Under the pieces are notes generated by a model that searched no databases, was not told the DNA's origin, and was given only the letters and a program-made list of their open reading frames with translations. Below, piece after piece: positions 37,466-47,333 of a DNA stretch of 55,594 nt. Every line of letters starts with the position of its first letter. Within the stretch, counting starts at the first letter, position 1. The stretch is from positions 1 to 55,594 of the forward strand of contig CAYIEF010000004.1 in the NCBI GenBank assembly GCA_964362365.1, given 5' to 3'. The position numbers were made by a program, and so were the translations under genes. Origin of the DNA: an uncultured Methanosarcinales archaeon (lineage in GTDB: Archaea; Nanobdellota; Nanobdellia; Woesearchaeales; GW2011-AR9).

Positions 37466-38512
37466 ATGGAAAAATATATACTTACGGGCGGACCAGGGGT
37501 TGGGAAGACGACTATTCTCAATGAGTTAGAAAAAAATGGTGAAATTACTCTTTCTGAAGTGGCTAGAGAAATTATTGCTGAGGAACAAAAGAAGGAAAAT
37601 GGAATTTTACCTTGGAATAATTTAGCTCAGTTCCAGGATTTAGTGATTGAAAGACAGTTGCGGCGAGAAAATGTATATGAAGAAAACTGTAAAAGAATAT
37701 TTCTTGATCGCGGCTTGCCAGATTGTCTCGCTTTTACTGAGGTAGGAAATGTTGCCATTCGTAAAGATATTTATGATTTAATTGAAGAGGCAGATTACCA
37801 GAGAGTATTCTTTCTTGAACAACTTCCTTGCTACAAACAAGATGAAGAACGTAAAGAAGATCCAGAATTGGCTCTACGAATCCATCAAAGATTGTACGAA
37901 GTCTACGATCGGTTAGGTTTCGACATAGTTACTGTTCCGATATTCAAGACTATCGAAGAACGAGTACAATTGGTTCTGAAAGAAGCACAGTATGCAAAGA
38001 ATCGTGAGATTGAACGAAAATACAAGGTTGGACATAATGCAGTAAAAGAGCAGTTAGAGAGATATGCAGTAAGATACATAGGTACTGATAATGAAGAAAA
38101 TACCTCCTACGATATTGGAGAGGTATTGAAAAACCTCGATTGTACTTTCAGGATACGCCAGACTGGTGGAGAACATATCCTCACCGTAAAAGGACCCAGT
38201 AATAATCCAGATTTTACCAACAAGCCAGAATACAATTTCTCCATCCCCAAACCAGTTTCAAGAGCATTAAATGCGATTCTGCCGGAATCGGTTTCCTATT
38301 CTAAGCGGCGGGAGAATTATCGCCCTCTCGGTGATGCCAAATGCACTATCAGTCTTGATTATCTTTTCGGATTAGGTGAATTTGTAGAGATAGAAGCAAC
38401 TAGTGAGAACCAGGTCTTGTTATGGGAAAAAAGATTGGGGATCAGCGAGTATGCGATCAATACATCGTATCCTGCTTTAGTGAAAGAACATGAAAACGCA
38501 GATTCTCGTTGA
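37466..38512 (+). CDS. AAA_28/NadR-like P-loop kinase fused to CYTH domain
   Basis: LTGGPGVGKTT, FLDRGLPD; EIERKY, RIRQ, LTVKG, KRRENY, GEFVEIE. Confidence 0.88.
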   Translation: MEKYILTGGPGVGKTTILNELEKNGEITLSEVAREIIAEEQKKENGILPWNNLAQFQDLVIERQLRRENVYEENCKRIFLDRGLPDCLAFTEVGNVAIRKDIYDLIEEADYQRVFFLEQLPCYKQDEERKEDPELALRIHQRLYEVYDRLGFDIVTVPIFKTIEERVQLVLKEAQYAKNREIERKYKVGHNAVKEQLERYAVRYIGTDNEENTSYDIGEVLKNLDCTFRIRQTGGEHILTVKGPSNNPDFTNKPEYNFSIPKPVSRALNAILPESVSYSKRRENYRPLGDAKCTISLDYLFGLGEFVEIEATSENQVLLWEKRLGISEYAINTSYPALVKEHENADSR

Positions 38513-38975
38513 AGGGCCCGATTGCTCAGGCAAAACAACTTTAGTTGAAAGGCTAAAGAATGAATTACGTTGGGATGCCAAAGCGCTTCATCATCTAAAC
38601 GGAAATCAATTCAATAGGTATCTGAAAGAATATGCTCTCCAAGAAAAAATTATCTTCAACCGCGGACATTATTCTGAAATTGCTTATGGAAAATTATGGA
38701 GAGCCGGTAATCCTTTCTCAGCAGAAGAACAACAAATTCTGGATAAAATTTGTCAGCAAAATATGGTTATCATCTTTGCCTGTCCGCCGCTTGAAGTATT
38801 ACAGCACAGATATCGAAAAAGAAATTTCCAGCAACAAATTAAATACGAAGAATTAGAATTAGTGAGAAATAATTTCTGTGAATTTATGGAAAGCGTTCCT
38901 CATCTTTTATACCAATCGGCGTCTTATGATGAATTACAATCTCTTGTCACAAATGTCGCCGGCAAAATAAAATGA
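38490..38975 (+). CDS. nucleoside monophosphate kinase-like protein (dTMP/dNMP kinase family)
   Basis: ILVEGPDCSGKTT, IFNRGHYSEIAYG. Confidence 0.75.
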   Translation: MKTQILVEGPDCSGKTTLVERLKNELRWDAKALHHLNGNQFNRYLKEYALQEKIIFNRGHYSEIAYGKLWRAGNPFSAEEQQILDKICQQNMVIIFACPPLEVLQHRYRKRNFQQQIKYEELELVRNNFCEFMESVPHLLYQSASYDELQSLVTNVAGKIK

Positions 38976-39493
38976 TCTTGACTGGTTCCGAAATAAAAAA
39001 AGAAGTGCTAGATCGAAGAATTCACATTTTACCTTTCGATGAAAAAAATATCAACCCTAATAGTTATAATTTTAGATTAGGAAAGGTTTTGAAGATATAT
39101 CGAGAGAAAATTCTTGATGCAGCTGCGCCTATGGATTTTGAAGAGATAATTATTCCTGAAGAAGGTTACATCCTTCAACAAAATCAACTTTATTTGGGAC
39201 ATACTATAGAAGAGATGGGCTCTGATTTTTTTGTTCCTATCATGCAGGCGCGCAGTTCCATCGGCAGATTAGGATTGTACATTTATCTCAACTCTGGCTT
39301 AGGTGATTTAGGCTTCAAAAAACAATGGACTTTAGAACTGCATGCTATTCATCCCTTGAAAGTTTATCCCGGGATGAAAATTGGACAGATGCTCTTCTGG
39401 AAACCACTAGGAGAAATAAAACTCTATCAAGGGAAATATAAAGATTCTCAAGGTCCAGAAGTCAGCCAGATTTGGAAAGATTTTGAACAGTAG
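38972..39493 (+). CDS. dcd: dCTP deaminase
   Basis: MILTGSEI, NPNSYNFRLG, ARSSIGRLGL, GDLGFKKQWTLE, IGQMLF, YQGKY. Confidence 0.92.
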   Translation: MILTGSEIKKEVLDRRIHILPFDEKNINPNSYNFRLGKVLKIYREKILDAAAPMDFEEIIIPEEGYILQQNQLYLGHTIEEMGSDFFVPIMQARSSIGRLGLYIYLNSGLGDLGFKKQWTLELHAIHPLKVYPGMKIGQMLFWKPLGEIKLYQGKYKDSQGPEVSQIWKDFEQ

Positions 39494-39539
39494 TATTTTA
39501 CTACACAATCTATTTATACTTGGCCGTCAGTTTTCATCC

Positions 39540-40091
39540 ATGTTTAGAAAAATAGGTGTTGTAATCTTAACTATTTTTTTAATTGGTTGTACTGTAGCTC
39601 AACAACCAACCACGGAGGTATTCGAAATGAAACTAACCAGTTCTGCATTTACGGAAGGAGCAAAAATCCCGTCCAAATATACCTGTGACGGCCAAAATGT
39701 CAATCCACCATTAACGATTTCTGATGTCCCTGCAAAGGCAAAATCATTAGTCTTAATTATGGATGATCCAGATATTCCCGATTTTGTCAAACAGAAATTT
39801 GGAATTCAAGTATGGGATCATTGGATAGTGTTTAATGTTCCACCGGAAACCAGAGAAATTCCAGAAGGAAAAAATCCTCCAGGAGTAGTCGGTAGAAACA
39901 CCGGCGGCAATAATAGTTATGGCGGCCCATGTCCTCCTGATCGTGAACACCGCTATTTCTTCAAACTGTATGCTTTAAATACAGAATTAGATCTTCCCGA
40001 AGGAGCAACTAAGGCAGAAGTAGAGAAAGCGATGAAGAATCATATTCTTGCTGAAGCGAAATTGATGGGAAGGTATGAAAGGGTGAAGTGA
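39540..40091 (+). CDS. YbhB/YbcL (PEBP) family protein with lipobox
   Basis: LIGC lipobox; LTSSAF, YTCDG, MDDPD, WDHW, YGGPCPP..HRYFF.LYAL. Confidence 0.92.
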   Translation: MFRKIGVVILTIFLIGCTVAQQPTTEVFEMKLTSSAFTEGAKIPSKYTCDGQNVNPPLTISDVPAKAKSLVLIMDDPDIPDFVKQKFGIQVWDHWIVFNVPPETREIPEGKNPPGVVGRNTGGNNSYGGPCPPDREHRYFFKLYALNTELDLPEGATKAEVEKAMKNHILAEAKLMGRYERVK

Positions 40092-40454
40092 TTAATTCTT
40101 TTTCTCCAGCTCTTGTAATCTTTTTGCCTCTTCTTCTTTGCCAATGAATCGTAGAATTGGTTCAGGAATGTAACGACAGGTCTGCCGGAAGAAGCTCTGG
40201 TAAGCAGTTTCTACTTCTTCTCTGCTCCAGCCTAGCTTACCAGCAACATCTCCTCTAAAATCATAAAAATTATTTTCAAAAACAGAGACAATCTCGTAGT
40301 GGAGTTCTAATCTATATTCCCCGCCGCCTGTAAGTGCCTCGTACACTTCTGTCGGCAGCAATAATTTTCCTTTTTCAATTTTTGCTCCAAAATCTCCAGG
40401 AGAATAATTTAATTCTGCAGAACTTTCTATTTGTAATAAATCATCGATGGTCAT
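40092..40454 (-). CDS. hypothetical protein
   Basis: 120-aa ORF overlapping the msrB stop. Confidence 0.55.
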   Translation of the reverse strand: MTIDDLLQIESSAELNYSPGDFGAKIEKGKLLLPTEVYEALTGGGEYRLELHYEIVSVFENNFYDFRGDVAGKLGWSREEVETAYQSFFRQTCRYIPEPILRFIGKEEEAKRLQELEKKN

Positions 40455-40843
40455 TTCTTCACTCCCTTCTTTCCATCCTTCTTCTCAAAATCTAATGACA
40501 CAGAATTAATGCAATACCTTTTCCCTGTCGGTTTAGGTCCGTCGTCAAATAAATGCCCTAAATGCCCGCCGCAGTTTTTGCACACCACTTCTTTCCTATG
40601 CATCCCAAAGTTATAATCATCTTTCAACTCAATATTTTTCTTATTTGCATCAGCGAAACTCGGCCATCCTGAGCCGGAATCAAATTTAGTATCTGAAGAA
40701 AATAATTCTGCTCCACAGGAAGCGCACATGTAATTGCCTTTTTCTTTGTTGTACAGCCATTTGCCGGTGAAAGGAGCTTCCGTTCCTTTCTCTAGGAGAA
40801 CATGCTGTTGTTCAGGAGTTAATTTCTTTGATTCTTTTTTCAT
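40451..40843 (-). CDS. msrB: peptide-methionine (R)-S-oxide reductase
   Basis: [38 protein letters not shown]...RYCINS. Confidence 0.97.
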   Translation of the reverse strand: MKKESKKLTPEQQHVLLEKGTEAPFTGKWLYNKEKGNYMCASCGAELFSSDTKFDSGSGWPSFADANKKNIELKDDYNFGMHRKEVVCKNCGGHLGHLFDDGPKPTGKRYCINSVSLDFEKKDGKKGVKK

Positions 40844-41106
40844 TATGAATACACTCCGTGTTCGATGCGGCTCAGTATTTTTTCGACTTCTTGAGAATTT
40901 CCTTCTTTACAAACATCGTAAGGTCTTTTTCCTCCCAGCGCCCCAATATTAGAAAAATACCAATCACGCACTTCTTCTTCCCTTGCCTCAAAAACATCCT
41001 TCATGCGGGAAACTAAATCCTCTCCGGCGGTTCTGTTCATCTCACTGGTAAGGTATTCATCTAAAACTTGAAATTGTTTCCGTTTCAAGAAATCATCAAT
41101 ATTCAT
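40843..41106 (-). CDS. Xre/MbcA/ParS-type antitoxin C-terminal domain (DUF2384-like)
   Basis: [19 protein letters not shown]...[14 protein letters not shown]. Confidence 0.75.
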   Translation of the reverse strand: MNIDDFLKRKQFQVLDEYLTSEMNRTAGEDLVSRMKDVFEAREEEVRDWYFSNIGALGGKRPYDVCKEGNSQEVEKILSRIEHGVYS

Positions 41107-41146
41107 GTAATTATAACAGAGATTTAACTATAAAAATGTATCTGCC

Positions 41147-42259
41147 TTATTTTTGCTTCATCACCCTAACAATCTCTTTAATCCCTGCTTTGGTCTTGAT
41201 TCCTGTCGGCGAAAACTGTGTCCGTACACCTTTTACTTTCTTCAAAACCGGTTCCAGTTTGGTTGTTTCTAATTCATATTTCTTGGCAATAACATGTAAA
41301 TCATAAAATCCAACTCTATCATCCTTTGATTCCTGATGCAGCAAATCCAGAAATTTCTGCTCTTCTGGAAAATGGTTTTCTTTTTTCATCCTGGCAAGCA
41401 ATTTTTTGTCAAATAATTTTCCTGTCCACAATGGGCCGAAATAGTCAAAACCTTTCTCGGCATTACATTCGCTACTCTTGAATTCCAAGGTCTTCGGGTT
41501 AAATAATAAGTACTTATGTTCTTTTAACACTTCATCACATTTTTCCTTGCTCTTCAACGACTTGAAATATATTTTAAAGTAATGGTCTTTATGATGGGCA
41601 AGTATGGGAATCAACGCTTTATCGAACTGCACGCCCTGCAGCTGCACTTTCCTGATTAATATTCGCAATCCAATCTCATGCATCATGTAATTGCGTACTG
41701 CCCTGGCCCAATATTTTCTCTTGGTAACCTTGGGATATGTTCCAGTCAATGCCGCCGTGTCTGTCGCCGTAACGGCAATAATCCCATTCCGCGTAATTCT
41801 AGCTACTGCAGAAGCCAAAAACGGATTAGGGCTGCCAAACGGATCGATCTCGATGTAATCAAAATAGCCGCAAAATTCTCCTTTGATACAGCGCTTGACC
41901 TGATTCAGCAAGAAAAGATTAGCATCTTCATTGCCGATGGTTATTTTTTGTTTGGCGAGTTTATTTAATTTCAGATTATCTGCGAATACTTTAGGAAAAT
42001 TTTCCTTAATATCATTTACAAAAATGTGCTTTATCTTTCCCGGTTTTAGTTCTTTCAAAAATCGCAACTCTCTAATCCCCGAACCTGCCAAGGGAGAAGC
42101 GATGTTCATATTCTCATTCTCAACAGAATTCAGCAGCAGAATGGCAATATTTCGGTTGGATTTCATTATTGGATTGTAGAATACTTCCATCTGGGCATGC
42201 ACATCTTTAGGCGGAAGTTCTAGCTTTATTTTGCAGGAATGTTCTGTTACGATTGACAT
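41147..42259 (-). CDS. trm1: tRNA (guanine-26-N2)-dimethyltransferase
   Basis: VFYNPIMKSNR, GSGIR, DYIEIDPFGSP, VTATDTA, GPLWTG. Confidence 0.93.
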   Translation of the reverse strand: MSIVTEHSCKIKLELPPKDVHAQMEVFYNPIMKSNRNIAILLLNSVENENMNIASPLAGSGIRELRFLKELKPGKIKHIFVNDIKENFPKVFADNLKLNKLAKQKITIGNEDANLFLLNQVKRCIKGEFCGYFDYIEIDPFGSPNPFLASAVARITRNGIIAVTATDTAALTGTYPKVTKRKYWARAVRNYMMHEIGLRILIRKVQLQGVQFDKALIPILAHHKDHYFKIYFKSLKSKEKCDEVLKEHKYLLFNPKTLEFKSSECNAEKGFDYFGPLWTGKLFDKKLLARMKKENHFPEEQKFLDLLHQESKDDRVGFYDLHVIAKKYELETTKLEPVLKKVKGVRTQFSPTGIKTKAGIKEIVRVMKQK

Positions 42260-42304
42260 ACGTTAAGAAAAAGGAAGAAATAACTTAAATGTTTTGAAAA
42301 AATT

Positions 42305-43228
42305 TTATTCATCAATTAATAAGCTGCATCTGCGGGCTGCATAATCGCCCGGTTTTCTTCCATTTACCAGCCGAGGATTGATGTGTTCATTAATGACCCA
42401 GGGAATATCTTTAATGCCATCTACTATAAAATCTGGGTTTTCTTGGGCCATAGAATCATATGCTGTCAGTAATTTCCTGATAAATTCATCTGGATTCTTT
42501 TTATAAATCTGCTTTTCCGTAAAACCTTCATGTTCCTCTGTCAGGTACATTTCATTTCCCGTCCCAGCTAAACCAATCGTCCACATGCCTGCTCGTTTCC
42601 CTTCTCTGATATCGTCTAACGTATCTCCTACCTTTACTACCGCAGCATTGTCTGAAACATTTAACAAATATGCATTAAGATTGCACATGGCTGGTTTTGG
42701 GCGGGAAATAGTATCTCCAAAGCCAAGTAATGGCCCTTGCAGCTTTCCACTTTTAATCACATAATGCCCAGTTGCGCAGACAGAAACATCAGGAACATAT
42801 CCCCTCTCAGCCGCCTCATTCAGGAGCAAGTCCATCATTTCTCCGGTGTAACCAGTGGTAGAACCAATCTTTAATCCTATCTTTCTACATTCTTCTACTG
42901 CTTCTACGGTTCCGTTAATCAAATCAGCATACTTTACTAAATATGGCAATTGCGCCGCTTGGAAGACATCAAACATTTTTTCTACATCTTCCTGAGCAGG
43001 CATGCGTTTATGGACGGCAAACCAGCGTTTTTCCACTTCTGGATCTTTTGCAATTTCTCCTATATGCACTTTCTTATGCTTGCCCATGGGCTTGCGCGCT
43101 TCCAGCATGGAAATGGGAGCGTCCATATCTGCGAATACTTTTTGGAATACCACTGCTGGAGCATAGCATCCGTAATCCATAGTTGTGCCTGCCCAATCGA
43201 GAATAACCGCTTCTAATTTTTGTACCAT
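42305..43228 (-). CDS. phnX: phosphonoacetaldehyde hydrolase (phosphonatase, HAD)
   Basis: ILDWAGTTMDYGCYAP, ARKPMGKHK..H (Schiff-base Lys), STTGY, RPKP, VKVGDT..DIREG. Confidence 0.9.
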   Translation of the reverse strand: MVQKLEAVILDWAGTTMDYGCYAPAVVFQKVFADMDAPISMLEARKPMGKHKKVHIGEIAKDPEVEKRWFAVHKRMPAQEDVEKMFDVFQAAQLPYLVKYADLINGTVEAVEECRKIGLKIGSTTGYTGEMMDLLLNEAAERGYVPDVSVCATGHYVIKSGKLQGPLLGFGDTISRPKPAMCNLNAYLLNVSDNAAVVKVGDTLDDIREGKRAGMWTIGLAGTGNEMYLTEEHEGFTEKQIYKKNPDEFIRKLLTAYDSMAQENPDFIVDGIKDIPWVINEHINPRLVNGRKPGDYAARRCSLLIDE

Positions 43229-43290
43229 GTTTTTGCCCCCGCATAATTTCATACCATAGCCAAATCCACTTCTATATAAATATTATGAGC

Positions 43291-43593
43291 TTAAGGAAAA
43301 GGAATCTCCTGATGCGAATCTTTTCTTTCTCCTTTTTCGTAGATGAGATGGATTCCGTCCATAAGAATTTGATGGCCTTTAAACTGCTCCCGTACTTTTG
43401 TATTGCCTTCAAAATGAGAAAGGTATTCCCCGATCTCCAGCTCATCGTTAAAGCTAGGATCACTCACATGCACCTTCACAGAAATAGAGCTTGCCGTTGT
43501 TCGAATCTCGGTATGAAGCCTACCTACGAAATTGTCCTGTAAATACTCCGCAAAATTCTTTGTGAATACTGGGAGGTAATAGCTATCAGTCAT
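43291..43593 (-). CDS. hypothetical protein
   Basis: MTDSYY... 100 aa. Confidence 0.5.
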   Translation of the reverse strand: MTDSYYLPVFTKNFAEYLQDNFVGRLHTEIRTTASSISVKVHVSDPSFNDELEIGEYLSHFEGNTKVREQFKGHQILMDGIHLIYEKGERKDSHQEIPFP

Positions 43594-43603
43594 TATAAAG
43601 AGT

Positions 43604-43900
43604 TCAATACGTCTTGAAATATTGATACAATGTTTGTCCAACAGCATGTCCCAGAGCAAATGCTCCTCCTGAGTTTATCGCGTACATGGTTGTTTTTCCA
43701 ACTATAAATTTATCCACCAAGCCCCATACCAAACCGGGTATGGCCGCGTCCATAGCAGTATTGACTAACGTCCCATCACTATCTACTGGTATTAATGCAT
43801 CTAAACCAGCACCGACCACTGCTCCTAAAGTAAATGTAGTAACAGTCTGACCTAAAGTAAGGCCCCCTGTATTTTTTTCAATATTTTGTTCTTCTGACAT
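43604..43900 (-). CDS. small glycine-zipper-like membrane protein
   Basis: GGAG SD before MSEEQ; LGAVVGAGL, GGAFALG. Confidence 0.55.
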   Translation of the reverse strand: MSEEQNIEKNTGGLTLGQTVTTFTLGAVVGAGLDALIPVDSDGTLVNTAMDAAIPGLVWGLVDKFIVGKTTMYAINSGGAFALGHAVGQTLYQYFKTY

Positions 43901-43997
43901 AGTATTTCCTCCCCCCTTAACTGAACCACCGTCATCCATTTATAAAATCTATGTATCAGGAGAGTAAATTTAAAAAGAATCGCCATAGCTAGAGATC

Positions 43998-45785
43998 ATG
44001 GCAACCAGACGGCCCATCGTTACTGTACTCGGTCATGTAGACCACGGAAAATCCAGCATTCTGGATAAAATTAGAGGTACTGCTGTAGTCGCCAGGGAAG
44101 CGGGAGGAATTACTCAAGCCATCGGCTGCAGCATTGTTCCCATAAAAACCATTCAAACTATCTGCGGCCCACTATTGAATGCCATCAAATCAGGGCTCAC
44201 TATTCCTGGCCTCTTATTCATAGATTCACCTGGACATGCTGCTTTCACCTCCTTGAGAAAACGCGGAGGCTCTTTAGCTGATATCGCCATCTTAGTTGTC
44301 GATATCAATGAGGGATTTAAGCCGCAAACTGTGGAATCAATCGAAATATTGAAAACAAATAAAGTTCCCTTCATCATTGCTGCCAATAAAATTGATCTAA
44401 TTTCAGGATGGAAATATGACTCTAAGAAATTTCTGCTCGATAATATCAATGCCTTAGACTACAAAATACAGGGCGATTTTGAGAAAAAAATGTACGAAAT
44501 AGTTGCCCAAGTGGTTGAACATGGCTTGCAGGCAGAACGTTTTGATCGAGTCAGCGATTTCACCAAGCAGATCGCTATAGTTCCCGTCTCAGCATTCACT
44601 GGCCAAGGAATTCCTGAACTGTTGATGGTCCTTACCGGATTAGCGCAGAAATATTTGGAAAAAAAACTCGAAGCAGAAGAAAAAGGATACTGTGAGGGAA
44701 CCATCCTTGAGGTCAAAGAAGAAAAAGGATTAGGCATGACTATCGACTGCATCATCTACAACGGAAAATTACGCGTGAATGATACTTTGATCATCGGAAA
44801 TTTGGAACAGCCTATTGTTACAAAAATCCGCGCTCTCTTAGAGCCGGCAGAATTAGCAGAGATGCGCGAGAAGAAAAGTAAATTCAAGAACGTCAAGGAA
44901 GTGATTGCTGCAACTGGAGTTAAAATTTCCGCTCCTGGATTAGAAACAGCTATCGCGGGCATGCCTTTGCGCAGCTCTTCAGGAAAAGCAGATGAAGTCG
45001 AACGCCTAAAACAGGAAGTGCAGCAGCAGGTCGGTGAGGTACTTTCCTTCACTGAGCAAGAACATGGGGTGATGATCAAAGCCGATACTATCGGCGGCTT
45101 GGAAGCCCTGCGCCATTTGCTTGAAGAGAAAAGTATCCCTATCGCTTCCGCTTCGTTAGGAGATATCAGCAAGAAAGATCTTTCTAAATTAGAGACGCTC
45201 AAAGAAAAAGACGAATTTACTGGTGTATTATTAGGATTCAATGTCAAAATTGCTCCGGAGATAATTGAACTTGCCAAAGTAAAAGGATTGACTCTTATTC
45301 TCAACGAAGTAATTTACAAAACTATTGAAGATTACGAAAAATATGTCAACAACCTCAAGAAAGAAATTGAGAAGCGCGAGTTAGCAAATTTAGTCCGCCC
45401 CTGCAAATTTTTAGTCATGAAAGGATATGTCTTTCGGCAGAGCAATCCGGCTATTGTCGGTGTAGATATAGAAGTAGGCAGAATCAGGGCCGGAGATCCG
45501 GTCATGAATGCAGAAGGCAAGCGCCTTTCTACCGTCAAAAGTTTGGGAGAAGCGCAGGAAGCAGTTACTGTTGCCGAACAAGGAAAACAATTGGCTATGG
45601 CTATGGATGGTGTTACCGTTGGCAGACAAGTGAAAGAAGGGGATTATTTGTATACAGACATCCCTGAAGAACATTTCAAGAAATTAAAAGAATTGAAGAA
45701 ACATTTGTCGAAACGAGAGTTGGAAGTGCTGAAAGAGATCGCTGACATTAAACGGAAAGAAAATCCAGTGTGGGGAGTTGGTTAG
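43998..45785 (+). CDS. infB: translation initiation factor aIF5B (IF-2)
   Basis: VLGHVDHGKSS, EAGGITQAIG, DSPGH, NKID, PAIVGV. Confidence 0.98.
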   Translation: MATRRPIVTVLGHVDHGKSSILDKIRGTAVVAREAGGITQAIGCSIVPIKTIQTICGPLLNAIKSGLTIPGLLFIDSPGHAAFTSLRKRGGSLADIAILVVDINEGFKPQTVESIEILKTNKVPFIIAANKIDLISGWKYDSKKFLLDNINALDYKIQGDFEKKMYEIVAQVVEHGLQAERFDRVSDFTKQIAIVPVSAFTGQGIPELLMVLTGLAQKYLEKKLEAEEKGYCEGTILEVKEEKGLGMTIDCIIYNGKLRVNDTLIIGNLEQPIVTKIRALLEPAELAEMREKKSKFKNVKEVIAATGVKISAPGLETAIAGMPLRSSSGKADEVERLKQEVQQQVGEVLSFTEQEHGVMIKADTIGGLEALRHLLEEKSIPIASASLGDISKKDLSKLETLKEKDEFTGVLLGFNVKIAPEIIELAKVKGLTLILNEVIYKTIEDYEKYVNNLKKEIEKRELANLVRPCKFLVMKGYVFRQSNPAIVGVDIEVGRIRAGDPVMNAEGKRLSTVKSLGEAQEAVTVAEQGKQLAMAMDGVTVGRQVKEGDYLYTDIPEEHFKKLKELKKHLSKRELEVLKEIADIKRKENPVWGVG

Positions 45786-46993
45786 ATAAAAAAAGAATCC
45801 AAGCTTATGTCAAGTCCGTCACGAATGCCAGTTTTAACATGTTTTTTCCTGATTAATCTTGGACGCGGAATTTTGCCGAAATTTATCAGTTTTTTTAGCT
45901 CATCTATTCTGCCCGCTTCAATCGTATGTTTTACGAATTTCTTTGCTTCGTAACCTGCCATAAAACCTGACCCAAATTCAAATCTCATAAAGGAAAATTT
46001 TAGTTTTGGATAATAAAATAATCCGATAGCTCTTGCACTAGCTACTTTTTCTAAGGCGCTAAATAACAAGCTATGATATTCTTTATCATGCTGCTGGCGC
46101 AAAGCTCGTTTTGATTTATCACGACAATCACAAGAAGCATCAAAATCAACCAAGCCAATTCCTACTTTATCTTCGTCTACAGGATAAAGTACTACGTTAC
46201 CTATGTGGGCATTTGTACGTTCAGGATCATCGCTCCACGTCTGCTTGCTTTTATCCATTAATCTTTTGAGCTGCCCGACGATATAACCTACATCCTGATA
46301 AAAATTGCTTAATTGTAGAATGAATTGTACTTTCTGCCCTTTTGTATACGTGGTCTGAAAATATGCTTCGCTTTCTAAAGCGTACATCAATTCATCAAGC
46401 CTCGTATCACCTTTGACGCGGATGACGCTGGTAGCGATTTTTCTTCTTCCGATCTTGAAAGGAGACTTGTAAAAACCGACATATTCCATGGTCGGCTCGA
46501 TCCCGTTATCGGCTAATACTCTGTTAAACCTATCAGAAAAGATTCTTTCATTATGAGCGTTGCGTAAAAATTGTCCGCCTTCGAGGTAAGGGGTTCCAGG
46601 ATAATCATCAATTTTAAGCGGAATTTCTGCCACTGCTGCTCCTTTAAGTTTGTATAAATTTCCCGTCTGCTGATCGAAAGTAAGACCGGAACGATAGCCG
46701 CTCCAAACTCCGGGAATAGTTCCAGGCGGGCATTCTAAGGTAACGGTATCGTCTTCTGTTTTTAACAGATCATCCCGGCTTGAGCGTATATTTAACAATT
46801 CAGGTGAAATAGTAAGCGGGCCTTGAGAAAGAAAAGAAGGCATAGCTCTAATACATTCTACTGTTCTATCAAGACACTCGGTTAAATATAATGGATCTCT
46901 TCGCACCAATAATCTGGAATTTATATCTAAGAAAACTTTAGTCTGAGGATTGGCAGTTTCATTGCTCTCTAGTTTATATTGTATTGTTTCCAT
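45782..46993 (-). CDS. hypothetical protein with protein-kinase-like motifs
   Basis: LYKLKG, NAHIGNVVL, IGLVDFD. Confidence 0.55.
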   Translation of the reverse strand: METIQYKLESNETANPQTKVFLDINSRLLVRRDPLYLTECLDRTVECIRAMPSFLSQGPLTISPELLNIRSSRDDLLKTEDDTVTLECPPGTIPGVWSGYRSGLTFDQQTGNLYKLKGAAVAEIPLKIDDYPGTPYLEGGQFLRNAHNERIFSDRFNRVLADNGIEPTMEYVGFYKSPFKIGRRKIATSVIRVKGDTRLDELMYALESEAYFQTTYTKGQKVQFILQLSNFYQDVGYIVGQLKRLMDKSKQTWSDDPERTNAHIGNVVLYPVDEDKVGIGLVDFDASCDCRDKSKRALRQQHDKEYHSLLFSALEKVASARAIGLFYYPKLKFSFMRFEFGSGFMAGYEAKKFVKHTIEAGRIDELKKLINFGKIPRPRLIRKKHVKTGIRDGLDISLDSFFI

Positions 46994-47117
46994 TGCAATA
47001 ACATCTAGAACCCGTCTCTTTATTCCAGAACGGTATCTTTTTAAAAATCTTTGTAAATTCTCTTTTGCCTACCAAATTACCAAAAAGCTTTTATAGAAGT
47101 ATACTAAAAGTATACTT

Positions 47118-47333
47118 ATGGAAGCGACAACTATTAAAGTGTATTCAAAGACAAAACATGCCTTAGATGATGTTAGGCAAGAGCAAGAAACTTATGATCA
47201 GGTTATTTCTAGGCTAGTCGCTCAAACTAAGAAAAAAAACCTCGTGAAGGAGCTAATAGAAGCATATAAATCTAAAGCAGAAGAAGATATAAAGACTGCT
47301 CAGGAATGGGATGCGGTATCGGACGTGGAATGA
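47118..47333 (+). CDS. RHH-like antitoxin
   Basis: MEATTIKVYSKTK...ETYDQVISRL; AGTATACT-N3-AGTATACT palindrome upstream; overlaps toxin start. Confidence 0.85.
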   Translation: MEATTIKVYSKTKHALDDVRQEQETYDQVISRLVAQTKKKNLVKELIEAYKSKAEEDIKTAQEWDAVSDVE

